A model generated the notes under the pieces. It was not told the origin of the DNA and did no database searches. It was given only the letters and a program-made list of their open reading frames with translations. Both the position numbers and the translations under genes were made by a program. Source: Aureliella sp. (GTDB taxonomy: Bacteria; Planctomycetota; Planctomycetia; Pirellulales; Pirellulaceae). Taken from it: a DNA stretch of 64,000 nucleotides. Where the stretch lies: positions 2,560,001-2,624,000 of the forward strand of contig OY829846.1 of assembly GCA_963691875.1 (NCBI GenBank). The letters run 5' to 3'. Each line of letters begins with the position of its first letter. Positions within the stretch are counted from its first letter, which is position 1. Shown here in pieces: positions 1 to 10,647 of this stretch.

Positions 1-1422
1 AAGACTCTCATTCCGACCTTGATGGAAGTAGGTTAGCAGTTCGTGATCGAGTCCCATAATATTCAAGATCGTGGCATGCATGTCGTGCAAGTGAACTTTG
101 TTCTCAATTGCCTCGAAACCAAACTCATCCGTCTTGCCATAGGTCATCCCGCCTTTCACTCCTCCACCCGCCATCCACATTGAATAGCCGTAAGGATTAT
201 GGTTGCGTCCCTTCGCGTTCTTCCCCTCGCTGAATGGCATCCTACCAAACTCGCCTCCCCAGACTATTAGCGTATCGTCCAACATAGAACGACGTTCGAG
301 GTCGGTGAGCAAGGCTGCGATCGGTTGATCTACTTCGGGCGCGTGCTGCCCGTGGTTGGACTCGATACCAGCATGTGCGTCCCAGGTTTCCTCTAGATGC
401 CCGCCGCCAGAGTAAAGCTGAATAAAACGTACGCCGCGTTCGACCAAGCGGCGTGCGATCAGACAATTGCGTCCGTACTCGTCAGTCGGCTTCTTTCCAA
501 CTCCATAGAGATCCAAGGTTTCCTGTGACTCCTGCGATAAGTCCACGGCTTCCGGCGTTGCTGACTGCATGCGGTAGGCCAACTCATAACTATCCATCCT
601 GGCCGCGAGTTCCCTATCACCAGACCTCCCATCAAGGTGCATCTGATTAATTTCCCCCAGAAAGTCAAGCTGATTACGCTGAGCTCGGTCTGTCATGTGC
701 TGCGGGCCACGAAGATCCAAAATCGGATCGCCCACCGGCCTGAACAACGTGCCTGAATAAGTAGCTGGCATGAATCCACTGGCCCAATTGGGCTGGCCAC
801 TGATGGGACCACCGCGTTTATCGAGCATGACGACGTAGCCCGGAAGGTTTTCGTTCTCCGTACCAAGACCATAGACGGCCCAACTACCGAGCGATGGCCG
901 GCCAATCTGTATCTTACCGGTGTTCATCGCTACCAGTGCCGAACCATGAGCATGGCTGTCGGTGTGACAGGAGTTCAGCACGCAGAGCTTATCCGCGTGC
1001 TTGCGAATGTTCGGAAAGTAATCGGAAACAAGCAAGCCACTGTCGCCCCCAGGTCGGAACTTCCGCCAAGCCGGCGTCAAATAACCGACTTTGCGTCCGC
1101 CAGAATTGATGTACTTGCGGTCTGACGGCAAAGGCTTGCCCGCATACTTCTCCAGTTCGGGTTTGTAGTCAAATGTATCTACTTGAGAAGGAGCTCCATT
1201 CATCGTCAAAAAGATGCATGACTTTGCTCGAGCTGGCAATTGTGGCGTCTTGGGTGCGAGCGGATTGGTAGAGGTCGACGTATCATCGGCTCTTACATGC
1301 CGCCCCAAGAATCCGTCCTGACTCAACAGCGAAGCCATCGCCAGCCCAGCGACACCGTGGAATGCTTGGCGGCCGAACTGCCTGCGCGTCTGCCCGCAAG
1401 AGTAGACTGTGTTATTCGACAT
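1..1422 (-). CDS. DUF1501 family protein (3'-partial, runs off the window start)
   Basis: Manual translation from ATG at 1422: MSNNTVYSCGQTRRQFGRQ...RAKSCIFLTMNGAPSQVDTFDYKP...LDDTLIVWGGEFGR...GLDHELLTYFHQGRNESL. Missing from the ORF track because no stop lies in the window. Confidence 0.9.
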   Translation of the reverse strand, partial: MSNNTVYSCGQTRRQFGRQAFHGVAGLAMASLLSQDGFLGRHVRADDTSTSTNPLAPKTPQLPARAKSCIFLTMNGAPSQVDTFDYKPELEKYAGKPLPSDRKYINSGGRKVGYLTPAWRKFRPGGDSGLLVSDYFPNIRKHADKLCVLNSCHTDSHAHGSALVAMNTGKIQIGRPSLGSWAVYGLGTENENLPGYVVMLDKRGGPISGQPNWASGFMPATYSGTLFRPVGDPILDLRGPQHMTDRAQRNQLDFLGEINQMHLDGRSGDRELAARMDSYELAYRMQSATPEAVDLSQESQETLDLYGVGKKPTDEYGRNCLIARRLVERGVRFIQLYSGGGHLEETWDAHAGIESNHGQHAPEVDQPIAALLTDLERRSMLDDTLIVWGGEFGRMPFSEGKNAKGRNHNPYGYSMWMAGGGVKGGMTYGKTDEFGFEAIENKVHLHDMHATILNIMGLDHELLTYFHQGRNESL

Positions 1423-1452
1423 TAACGTCCTCCGTCCAACTCGCCCTTAAGC

Positions 1453-4434
1453 TCAGTCAACGTAAAGAAATTCATTGGAATTCATCAAGGCATGACAAAC
1501 GGAAGCGAGCGCCAATACAGTCGGGCTGAGCACAATCACTTCCTTTTCCTCCAACAGTTTAAGTCCATATCGCGCCGCTAGTTCTTTCTCTATTGCCCTA
1601 CGTTCATTAGCACTCAACTGCCGGTCGTACACTCGGATCTCAGCTATCCCACCATTCCAAAACTCTCCATTGATGTTCCCTTGCTGGCCAATCACCCAAG
1701 CAGTGTCCAGTCTTCTTTTCGTCAAAGGAGGTCCTGACTTCAATTTCCGCCCGTTCTGGAAAACCATCGCCTGCTCCGATCCCGAAATGGCTGACAGGAT
1801 AAATGGTTTCCCACGATCTGAAACATCGCCTGCGTTTGAAAACGCATCGCTGAATCGAACTCTTTTTTCTGCTGTGAGACCAACAAAAAGTGAAGTTGTT
1901 GAATTCCCGCCCCCACCATTCCAGTTGGACAATATGGCACGATGACCCGAACTAGCTTCATCACTGACAACACAAAAAACAGTGTGCTCTTGTGCCTCAA
2001 GAATATGGCCAGCGATACGTAAGAACTGGCCAGCCCCGTTGAACTGAAGAATCGGCTTTCCGCCATAACCATGTTCAATGAGCGTAGGTCGGGCAACGTC
2101 TATCTCTTGCGTAGCATCATGGCCTTGTTTCGAAAGATCCGGGATGAATGATACTAGTGACTTGCCTCCTTCATCAACTCTCGCTTGATCCGCACGCAAG
2201 TGCAGTACCAGCGCGGCTTTGGCTCTATCAACGAAGTCAATTTTTTTACTTCCTGACAAAGACTGTTGTTCTGCGAACAAACCTGCCTGAGATCCCAAAT
2301 GCCTAAGTGCAACTTGCTCCTCCGCCAAAGTGGGCTCACGACCTAACACCTGAGACCATACAAGTCGAACCTGTTTCTTGCGATCGTTCGTCCTACTCGC
2401 TACGCGAACTGCAAGCTGCTTACTACGCTGGTGCACAAAGCGATTGTTTATCAAGGCGAGAGCCTGCGTCGGTACGGTCGTCACATTCCTTTTGCCACAA
2501 GAAAGCGTGGGATCGCAGAGATCAAAAGTCGTCATCAGCGGAGGCAGCAAACCTCGCTTGAGATACATATAGAGGCTCCGCCGCATCTGAGATTCTTGTG
2601 ACGAAGCTTGCCAAGCGTCAGCCTTACGGGAGAGTCCCTCAAGTGCTTCCGGACTTACTGAGGCCTTAAAGCCCTCACCGCCAACACGCCTGTCCAATTC
2701 GCCTGCAACGGCCAAAAGTGAGTCGCGCAGTGCCTCAGCATCGAGCCGCTGACGCCCAAACCGCCACAACAGCCGGTTGGTGGGATCGATACGTTCCAGT
2801 TCTCCAGCCCTTGGATGCAAAGACGACTGCCGCCAAGTGTCCGAAGTCAGGATGAGTCGATGCATATGCTTGATACTCAGTCCGCCTAACTGAAACTCCG
2901 TTGCTAGCCAGTCCAACAGTCGCGGGTGCGTTGGTGGGTCCGCCAAGAACCCAAAATTATTCGGCGTTCGAACGATGGCCTTCCCAAAGTGATGTTGCCA
3001 GAGTCGATTGACCAGAACTCTGTAGGGAAGAGGGTTCTCGGGGTCAACAATCCAACTTGCGTACTGCAGACGTCGCTGTGATGTCTTCGCTCCCTCGCTC
3101 GGTGGCTCAAATTGCCTCTCCAAGTTTGGAATAGAAGAGATCGACGCAGGTACAACTTCTTGCAATGGAGTGCCGCGCTCGCCGTTCTTCAATACATGTA
3201 ACGGCTTGGGAGTTGAGCTTTCGTCGGTCCACCCCAGGACGTCTTTAAATCCAAGTTGCTCTGCCTTGGGGCCACCGAGCTCACCGGTCAAAATCGGTCC
3301 TGGCCAGAATGCAGACGCAACGCGGTAGTAATCTTCCTGCGTGATCGGATCAAACTTGTGCGAATGGCAACGAGCACACTTTACGGTTAACCCTAGAAAC
3401 GTCGACGAAGTAGTGTGCACCAGGTCTTCCAGTCTTTCGTACTGGTAGTCGAGCTTATCATTCGGCTCGTCATTCCAAGTGCCCAAACGCAGGAACCCAG
3501 TGGCGATCACCGAGGATTCACTTCGACCGGAAATCTCGTCGCCGGCAATTTGCTGCACCACAAAGTCATCGTATGGCATATCGCTATTGAGCGCGTTAAC
3601 GACCCAGTCTCGATATTTCCATGCAAAAGGCTTTTCTTGATCGCGTTCGTAGCCACTGGTGTCTGCGTAGCGTGATACATCGAGCCAATACCGAGCCCAT
3701 CTCTCTCCGTACTGGGGCGATGCGAGAAGCTTATCCACCAATCGTTCCCAGGCTTGCGGAGCCTCATCTGCAAGAAAAGCATTCACTTGCTCCCTAGTCG
3801 GTGGCAGGCCAATGAGATCGTAGTACAAGCGGCGGACAAGTGCTTGGCTGCCGGCTCTTGGAGCGGGAGTAATACCTTCACGCTCCAGCTTCGAACGAAC
3901 GAATGCATCGATTGGATTGTCCGGGCGAGGTAATCTCTTAAGGCTTGGCAGCTGTGGGCGCACGATAGGTTGCAGTGACCACCAATCACGACCTGCACGG
4001 ACTTCGTTCGTGCGTTCGAAGTAATCGAGCTCACGATCCTTGGGCCACGAAGCGCCTTCCTCCAACCACTTGCGAAAGATCTCCCTTTCAATCGGAGGCA
4101 ATTTCTGTGACCGCCCCTGTTTTTCGGGAGGCATTTCTCCAGATTCGATTCGCCGCAGGAATTCGCTCTCGGCCAACCCTTTCATATCTAATGCGGGACC
4201 AGAATCACCGCCAACATGGAAATCAGCCTTTGAAGTCAGCAGAAGCCCACCTGCCGGTTCATTCCCTTTATGACATTCGACGCAGCGTTTGAGTAGAAGT
4301 GGAGCAACATCCTTCTCGAAATCCACGGCCGCATTCAACTGCGAAACCATAAAGAGGATCAGCAAATGTGCAACAACGAGGAAGTTGATTGGCCGGAACA
4401 GTCGGAAGGCTTGGCGGGAAATCTGTATTGGCAT
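1453..4434 (-). CDS. Planctomycete cytochrome c (PSCyt1)/DUF1549/DUF1553 protein with an inserted LamG-like domain
   Basis: CVECH and CARCH heme motifs; YGERWARYWLDVSRYADT; PPTHPRLLDWLA; terminal NSNEFLYVD; LamG-like end WNGGIAEIRVYDRQLS. Confidence 0.9.
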   Translation of the reverse strand: MPIQISRQAFRLFRPINFLVVAHLLILFMVSQLNAAVDFEKDVAPLLLKRCVECHKGNEPAGGLLLTSKADFHVGGDSGPALDMKGLAESEFLRRIESGEMPPEKQGRSQKLPPIEREIFRKWLEEGASWPKDRELDYFERTNEVRAGRDWWSLQPIVRPQLPSLKRLPRPDNPIDAFVRSKLEREGITPAPRAGSQALVRRLYYDLIGLPPTREQVNAFLADEAPQAWERLVDKLLASPQYGERWARYWLDVSRYADTSGYERDQEKPFAWKYRDWVVNALNSDMPYDDFVVQQIAGDEISGRSESSVIATGFLRLGTWNDEPNDKLDYQYERLEDLVHTTSSTFLGLTVKCARCHSHKFDPITQEDYYRVASAFWPGPILTGELGGPKAEQLGFKDVLGWTDESSTPKPLHVLKNGERGTPLQEVVPASISSIPNLERQFEPPSEGAKTSQRRLQYASWIVDPENPLPYRVLVNRLWQHHFGKAIVRTPNNFGFLADPPTHPRLLDWLATEFQLGGLSIKHMHRLILTSDTWRQSSLHPRAGELERIDPTNRLLWRFGRQRLDAEALRDSLLAVAGELDRRVGGEGFKASVSPEALEGLSRKADAWQASSQESQMRRSLYMYLKRGLLPPLMTTFDLCDPTLSCGKRNVTTVPTQALALINNRFVHQRSKQLAVRVASRTNDRKKQVRLVWSQVLGREPTLAEEQVALRHLGSQAGLFAEQQSLSGSKKIDFVDRAKAALVLHLRADQARVDEGGKSLVSFIPDLSKQGHDATQEIDVARPTLIEHGYGGKPILQFNGAGQFLRIAGHILEAQEHTVFCVVSDEASSGHRAILSNWNGGGGNSTTSLFVGLTAEKRVRFSDAFSNAGDVSDRGKPFILSAISGSEQAMVFQNGRKLKSGPPLTKRRLDTAWVIGQQGNINGEFWNGGIAEIRVYDRQLSANERRAIEKELAARYGLKLLEEKEVIVLSPTVLALASVCHALMNSNEFLYVD

Positions 4435-4775
4435 TTTCTATTGCCTCGGACGTCATTCGCAGCGTCCTCAGAAACTGGCTGCGGCGGGGAAGATACATTG
4501 TAAGCCTAAATGTTTCCGCCAGTGTAGAATCTTTGCCGCAGCTCTTCTAAACTCGAGCCCTGGCCAAAACTCTCATTGGTCGGCACAGGCTCATTACAGT
4601 CTAATGCTAGGTAATCCGTTGGCGAAACAACCTACCCTCCCATTCCGAGCAGGCCTATGCGAGTTGGTAAGTCGAGGAATTTCTGGGAGCTGAAATTAGC
4701 GTGATCGCCCCCGACTAAGCACCTTTTCGAAGAATACGTTCAAAGCAATAGACCAAATTACAAACGAGTACTTCC

Positions 4776-5987
4776 ATGATTGCCAATCGACTCATACGGC
4801 TTGCCTCAGTCCTCTTCCTCTTAGTTGCCAGCCAGCTTAGTGCGGACGAGAAGCTCAAGGTGTTCATTCTTGCGGGGCAGTCCAACATGGTGGGTCACGC
4901 TAGAGCGCACACCATTGCAACACTGTACGCTTCGGATGCCGCGAAAGACGAAAGACTGCGTGCGATGGTCTTCGGTGCGGATAGCGAAATTTCAAAGGTG
5001 ACGCTGGAAGAACAACTCGCTCAAGCAAAGAAGATCGACGAGCTGACCGGTGGCATCTCCAATGACAAGCTCAAAGCAATGCAGGACGGACCGGAGAAAA
5101 CAGAGCTCGAAGCCAAAGTAAAACAACTGAAAGACGCACACGAGGCATACAAGGAGAATATCCATTCGTCATGCAGAGTAGACGACCGAGTGTACGTCAA
5201 CTCGATTGCGGATCGCAATAAGAAGTCCGGCAAACTTAGTGTCGGATTCGGGGCTGATCCGAAAAAAATCGGTCCCGAATATGCTTTCGGCCTTTCTATT
5301 GCAGACAAGATCGAAGGTCCTATTCTGTTGATCAAGACATCTTGGGGCGGCAAGTCGCTGAACTACAACTTTCGTCCTCCTTCCGCCGGCACCTACGAAC
5401 TCAATGAAAAGGAAAAGTCTGGCAATAAGGCAGATGAGATCAAGAAGAACGCAGGCCTAAACTACAGAATGATGAACGAGGCCGTGCGCAACGTGCTCGA
5501 CAACCTACGGGAAAATCATCCTAGTTACAATCCAGATGCCGGATACGAAATCGCCGGATTCGTATGGTTCCAAGGGTTCAACGATCAGTTTTCACCGGAG
5601 TTCCGCGACAACTACAAAGACAACATGATTGCCTTTGTGAAAGACATCCGCGCCGAATACGCAACTCCCAACATACCCTTTGTCATTGGCGTTCTCGGGA
5701 CACCAATGACAGCAGAAAAGGTCGCTGAGAATGCGGTCTCCGTCGCTCAGCGAGAAGCGGCAAAGGCACCAGAGTTCAAAGGCAACGCCGTGTCCGTGGA
5801 GAGCTACACAGAGTATTCACTGTACTCCCATGATGTATTCAAGAAAGGCTGGCCGAAGCATTACCACGAGTGGGACACAGTCGGCAGCGACCGCCCCTAT
5901 CATTACCTAGGAAGCGGCGCGTTCTTTGTACGACTCGGTGACTCATTCGCCAATGCAATGGCAGACCTGATCAACTCGTCAGATTAG
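4776..5987 (+). CDS. Secreted SGNH hydrolase, sialate O-acetylesterase (SASA/DUF303)-like
   Basis: Signal peptide; KVFILAGQSNM, GPEYAFG, LLIKTSWGGKSL, GFVWFQG, PYHY motifs. Confidence 0.85.
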   Translation: MIANRLIRLASVLFLLVASQLSADEKLKVFILAGQSNMVGHARAHTIATLYASDAAKDERLRAMVFGADSEISKVTLEEQLAQAKKIDELTGGISNDKLKAMQDGPEKTELEAKVKQLKDAHEAYKENIHSSCRVDDRVYVNSIADRNKKSGKLSVGFGADPKKIGPEYAFGLSIADKIEGPILLIKTSWGGKSLNYNFRPPSAGTYELNEKEKSGNKADEIKKNAGLNYRMMNEAVRNVLDNLRENHPSYNPDAGYEIAGFVWFQGFNDQFSPEFRDNYKDNMIAFVKDIRAEYATPNIPFVIGVLGTPMTAEKVAENAVSVAQREAAKAPEFKGNAVSVESYTEYSLYSHDVFKKGWPKHYHEWDTVGSDRPYHYLGSGAFFVRLGDSFANAMADLINSSD

Positions 5988-6083
5988 ACTTGAGACTGAT
6001 GGCACGGATATTTGTTCGCCGCCCGTCTAACGCAAATGGCTCGTTCTCCCCGAATACAGATGCTCTGCCAGCGGTACCTACAT

Positions 6084-7481
6084 CTAGACTCGCCCGAGCG
6101 TTCCCGTATAGCCGGCGAATGAATCAGCCTCCACTCCGAGTCGCTGCAGTACGGTGACGAAGAGATGCGCGAGCGGCAGTTCTTCGACTTCAATCTTACC
6201 TCTCCATCCAGCGTCGGTGACGATCCCAGCGCCAGCCTGATTGTCAGCATTACCTTTGCCAAACTTTAAGTAACGCCCGTTTTCAAAGCCAAGGTTTTTA
6301 CCGCCGGCAGATATGATCGGGTAGTTCCGCGATAGGTGGAAGCTACTGGACGCGGACCCGTGCATGGCAAAGGTGTTGTCGAGCATATTCCCATTGCCGA
6401 TGGGTTCCGCAGTCTCTTTCAACTTCTGTACAAACCGACCAAACTCCTCAGCTTGATAACGATTGTAAGTACCGAGGTTTTTCCAGCCGTTCGGTTTCTT
6501 CACAGCGTGCGTCAAGCCATGGGCGCCGCCAAGCCCCACGGCCATGGACAAGAGATCGTGTGGTCCTTCGCCGTTCTCCCGCCCCAGTTGGAATGTCGCA
6601 ACGCGAGTTGAATCACTGAGAAAGGCAAGATAGATCAGCTCGTACATGGTCTGGAAATAGAGCCGTGCTTCTTTCGGTTCTGCATCCATATGCAAGTTGC
6701 TGGTGTCTACTTTCGGAATCGGGGTATCAAGCCACTTCTGAGCCTTCGCTAATTTAACCTCGGTGTCGCGTACTGCATCAAGATATTGCTCGAGTGTCTT
6801 CTGGTCATGTTGGGACAATTTCTGCTGAAGGGATCGTGTGTTTGCGATCAGCAGATCCAACGCACTCTTACTTCGAGCTAACTTGGCCGCGGCCTCTTTA
6901 CCGCTGGTCTCAAAAAGCAGGTCGAATATTTCCTTCGGTTTGTTCATTGCGGGAATCGGTCGACCTTCCCGATTGAACGATTGCGTCTGAGCACCGCGCG
7001 GTCCACCGATGCCTCCGTTTGTCGACATGACCAGCGATGCATGCCGTGTCCTATCCCCTGCATGTTCAGCAATGACTTGGTCAAGTGAAATGGAGTTCTG
7101 GTACGGCCCGTGACCCTTCGTATCCGCCCCTGTTAAGTACTGATCAGCGTTGGAATGGCCGTGAACTTGACGAACAGCGGGATGTGACAGGCCAGAATAA
7201 ATCGTTATCTCACTTCGCAGTGGCTCAAGGACGTCTAGCACTTTGGTCAGTTCGAAGTCCCTCTCGCCGCCTCGAGGGAACCAACTCCAGTCCTTCCAAG
7301 CCGGATCGGACTTCAGTGGCAGCCCGACACCATCGGGATGATAAACACTGAGAAATCGCTTCGGTGTTTCGTCTGCGTTCGAACCTGCCACCGCAAACGT
7401 CTCAAGCCACGGCAGCGCCAAGGCGATTCCGGTACCTCGTAGAAATGTTCGACGACTCAGTGATGTTGCTTGTGTTTTCAT
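6084..7481 (-). CDS. DUF1552 family protein
   Basis: Tat-like SRRTFLRGTGIALALPWLE; NSISLDQVIA; DSTRVAT; C-terminal LFVTVLQRLGVEADSFAGYTG; GGAG RBS 7 nt before ATG 7481. Confidence 0.9.
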   Translation of the reverse strand: MKTQATSLSRRTFLRGTGIALALPWLETFAVAGSNADETPKRFLSVYHPDGVGLPLKSDPAWKDWSWFPRGGERDFELTKVLDVLEPLRSEITIYSGLSHPAVRQVHGHSNADQYLTGADTKGHGPYQNSISLDQVIAEHAGDRTRHASLVMSTNGGIGGPRGAQTQSFNREGRPIPAMNKPKEIFDLLFETSGKEAAAKLARSKSALDLLIANTRSLQQKLSQHDQKTLEQYLDAVRDTEVKLAKAQKWLDTPIPKVDTSNLHMDAEPKEARLYFQTMYELIYLAFLSDSTRVATFQLGRENGEGPHDLLSMAVGLGGAHGLTHAVKKPNGWKNLGTYNRYQAEEFGRFVQKLKETAEPIGNGNMLDNTFAMHGSASSSFHLSRNYPIISAGGKNLGFENGRYLKFGKGNADNQAGAGIVTDAGWRGKIEVEELPLAHLFVTVLQRLGVEADSFAGYTGTLGRV

Positions 7482-7531
7482 AGTCATGCTCCTGCGGTAT
7501 CCATCAGCTCCGGCAAGGTCGTTATTCACAT

Positions 7532-10201
7532 CTAGTATGATCGGAACAAATCGCTGCTAATAATTAAGTGAACCAGTTCGTTCAGACGATCGCCGCGATT
7601 TCTGAATTCGGCGGTCAGGCTCTCCAACGCGGCATAGTCGCCGAAAGCCAAAGGTCGACCAAGTGCGTATGCCGTAAGTTTGTGCACCATCGCATACGCG
7701 AACTGATCCTGCCTACCCTTCAGCAAGTGCCGCTTAAGCCCGTCCATACCGGCCAATTTTTGCTTGCCAAACAACTCGGCAGTGGCGTCGACTGGCTTGT
7801 TGTTCATCTGAGTGCGAAAGGCGCCCAAAGCATCGTAGTTCTCAAACGCAATTCCCCAGGGATCAATTCTCGAATGACAGGATCGACAAGCCGCTTTGTT
7901 ACGATGGTCCGCGATCCTTTCTTTCAGGGTCATCCTCAGAATCTTGGGATCCGTCAGGTCCACCTCGGGAACGTTTGGGGGAGGGGGAGGCGGGGGATCA
8001 TGAAGAATTCGCTCTAACATCCAAACTCCCCGTTTCAGCGGGTGTGAGTCCTTACCGTCCGAATTCATTGTCAGTACTGCAGCACTTGTCAGCAAACCGC
8101 CACGATTTTGCTGTGGATCAACAGAAACTTTGCGGAAATGGGGACCGCTCACGTTTCGAAGCCCGAAGTGCTTCGCCAGTCGCTCGTTCACCATCACATA
8201 GTCAGAGTGAATGAAGTCCATGATGCTACGATTATGCTGTAGGACTTCATCAAAGAAAGCAATAGGCTCCTGCTGCATCGCCGCCTTCAAGTCACTGTCT
8301 TTGACGTGGGCCACGCTGTCGAGTCCGTCCAGTCCAAGCCACTGTTGGACGAAGTGCATAGAAAATCGGTCTGCCCGACGATCAACAAGCATGCGATCGA
8401 CCTGAGCAGATAACGTTTTGGGATCATGCAGTTTTTCCTGCTCGGCCAGTTGCAGCAATTCTTCGTCAGGAAGGCTGGACCATAAAAACAACGCAAGACG
8501 ACTAGCAAGCTCGAAATCGCGGATTGCACCGTGGGACTCTGAGTCTCGATTGGGTGTGCGTTGCGTCAGGTACAGAAACTCGGGAGTCGCGAGCGCCGTT
8601 GCTAGAACTTCCACCATTGCATCTTCAAAACTTGTTAACTCGCGACGGTACTCCTCGAAAAGTCCAACGAACCTGTCCAGCTCTTGTTCTTCTGCAGGAC
8701 GTCGCCAGATACGACGCAGAAAACGCGCCAGCACCGCACGACCATACTTTGTTTCGTCTTTACGAAACTCACTGTCAAAGAAGATTTCGGTATGTGTTTT
8801 CGGCGGCCACTGCTCGTAGTAGGGCGCGGTGATTTCGATCTGGTCGATCAAAACATGAAATGGTTGTTCGCGGCCACTGGAGTTCGCGATATTGCGAATG
8901 TGCAGGAACTCATCACGCCGCGGAAACTTGGTCGCGAGTTTTCGAAAAGGGTTGCGTTGGATGTCGCTCAGCGGGATGTGAAAGTCGATATATTCAGGAT
9001 GCTCTGCTGAGGCCGTCACCGGCTTATCACGTTCGCTGATGACGTTCATAAAGTTCGCGTTGTTGCTGGTATGAGCACTGAAGATCAATCGCAGGCTTGC
9101 GTACTCGTCAGCGTTCATCGTGGACCGCCCGGCGCGAATACGGACTCGCATAATGCCGTCGTCCGGAAGAAAGCGATCCAAGTTCATCTTCAGTTCATTG
9201 GATCGTGGAAGAGCCAGTGCTACAGTTGAAACATCTGGAAACTCTCCGACGTTTGCGTTGGGATCGGGTTGCCAGCTTCCACTTGCAAAGTGAACAGCCT
9301 CGCCACTTTCTCGATTCAATAGATGTTGGCGTCTACTATCTTTGGCGTAGCTGTCATCATCCCGATGGAACACTTTGGCTTTGCTCGCTGCTTTCGCACG
9401 TTCTATTTCATCCTTCATGGAAATGACGTAGGTCACAGGCTCGGGACGTTCCCCGTGGACAGTCGCTCGTCTCAAGGCCTGGAGACCAATTTCTCGATAA
9501 GTCTCAAACTGCCTTGCAGACATCTGCAGTAGCTCGGAACTATTTTTGAAACCGTCCTCCGATGCAGTTTCGGGAGGGAGCTTGCTCGCAAGCTGGTAGG
9601 GCAGGCCAAGCAGGTCCTGCAGCGCATAGTTGTACTCGTACTTGGTCAGCCGCCGAAATGAGGAGTGGGGCTGATCGTTGCGTCGATTTTTCGATGCTTT
9701 CATTAGTTCTTCGCTCAACCAGTCAACGATCTTACCGCGATCGGAATCGTCCAGTGCGTAGTCCGATTCTCCTTCTGGTGGCATTTCAGAATTGCTAAGT
9801 ACATTGTAGATCTCACGCCACTTATCGACACTAGAACCCGACAACAAATTCGGATCCAACTGATCGACGCGAACTCCCCCCTCAGTGTCATCGGGCCCGT
9901 GACAGTCGAGACAGCTTTTTGCGAGAATGGACCGTACTGATTTCTCGAAGAACGCAACGTTGGCCGTTGGCGCTACGTCAGCAGTGGAAGTAGATGTCTT
10001 CGCTCCTGTAAGGAACCTTGACCTCGCTCTTCCCTGCTCGCGAGCCTCTTCGAGAGAAACAGGCGTATCCTCAGCACATGCGGTAGGAGCAGTGCGGACC
10101 GTCTGAACAAGGACGGCAATCAAGCAGGCGAGCGAGAAGACGAATTCCGAAGTTTTCACAGTTTTCAACACAATGTTTTTGAGCAATGCAAGAAAACCCA
10201 A
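7532..10201 (-). CDS. DUF1592/DUF1588/DUF1585/DUF1587/DUF1595 planctomycete cytochrome c protein
   Basis: CLDCH and CRSCH; RRLTKYEYNYALQDLL; ELASRLALFLWSSLPDEEL; SHPLKRGVW; IDPWGIAFENYD; usual partner of DUF1552. Start codon uncertain. Confidence 0.9.
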   Translation of the reverse strand: MGFLALLKNIVLKTVKTSEFVFSLACLIAVLVQTVRTAPTACAEDTPVSLEEAREQGRARSRFLTGAKTSTSTADVAPTANVAFFEKSVRSILAKSCLDCHGPDDTEGGVRVDQLDPNLLSGSSVDKWREIYNVLSNSEMPPEGESDYALDDSDRGKIVDWLSEELMKASKNRRNDQPHSSFRRLTKYEYNYALQDLLGLPYQLASKLPPETASEDGFKNSSELLQMSARQFETYREIGLQALRRATVHGERPEPVTYVISMKDEIERAKAASKAKVFHRDDDSYAKDSRRQHLLNRESGEAVHFASGSWQPDPNANVGEFPDVSTVALALPRSNELKMNLDRFLPDDGIMRVRIRAGRSTMNADEYASLRLIFSAHTSNNANFMNVISERDKPVTASAEHPEYIDFHIPLSDIQRNPFRKLATKFPRRDEFLHIRNIANSSGREQPFHVLIDQIEITAPYYEQWPPKTHTEIFFDSEFRKDETKYGRAVLARFLRRIWRRPAEEQELDRFVGLFEEYRRELTSFEDAMVEVLATALATPEFLYLTQRTPNRDSESHGAIRDFELASRLALFLWSSLPDEELLQLAEQEKLHDPKTLSAQVDRMLVDRRADRFSMHFVQQWLGLDGLDSVAHVKDSDLKAAMQQEPIAFFDEVLQHNRSIMDFIHSDYVMVNERLAKHFGLRNVSGPHFRKVSVDPQQNRGGLLTSAAVLTMNSDGKDSHPLKRGVWMLERILHDPPPPPPPNVPEVDLTDPKILRMTLKERIADHRNKAACRSCHSRIDPWGIAFENYDALGAFRTQMNNKPVDATAELFGKQKLAGMDGLKRHLLKGRQDQFAYAMVHKLTAYALGRPLAFGDYAALESLTAEFRNRGDRLNELVHLIISSDLFRSY

Positions 10202-10647
10202 TCGGAACGAGATCCAGGATTCCCCCGCGTGAAAGCAGGCAGGCGCAGTGGGGATGGAGTGCTAAGGAGGGGAGCGTCTGAAAGCCGGGGCACCTGCAGA
10301 ATATTATACCAGCTCTCGTCAACCTCTATGTCATTTGATTCATGTTTCATCGCCAAATGGCGTTCTCAGAATCTTGTCATTTTTCCTGCCACAGTTTCAT
10401 TTTCCCTCAGGAATCTGAATATTCCTGAGGGTCTAGAGCCGCCACGGAACGTATCAGGGACTGACAACTCGAGATTCTCATCTCAGCTGGGTCGTCGCCG
10501 TAGCCGAGCAACAAAGAGGAAAAGATCCGCTCTAAAGGCTACCAGCAAGATCGCACAACGATTTCTCCCCTAGCATTAGTTCAAGGACACTTACTGCACC
10601 ATACTCTTGATCAATGCAGACTGGCTATAGCATCAAGGCCGCTGCTT

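Noticed and set aside
242..1425. Short ORFs listed in the track at the window start
   Set aside because: They are shadows of the DUF1501 gene that runs off the window edge; the same applies to most short antisense ORFs inside long genes.
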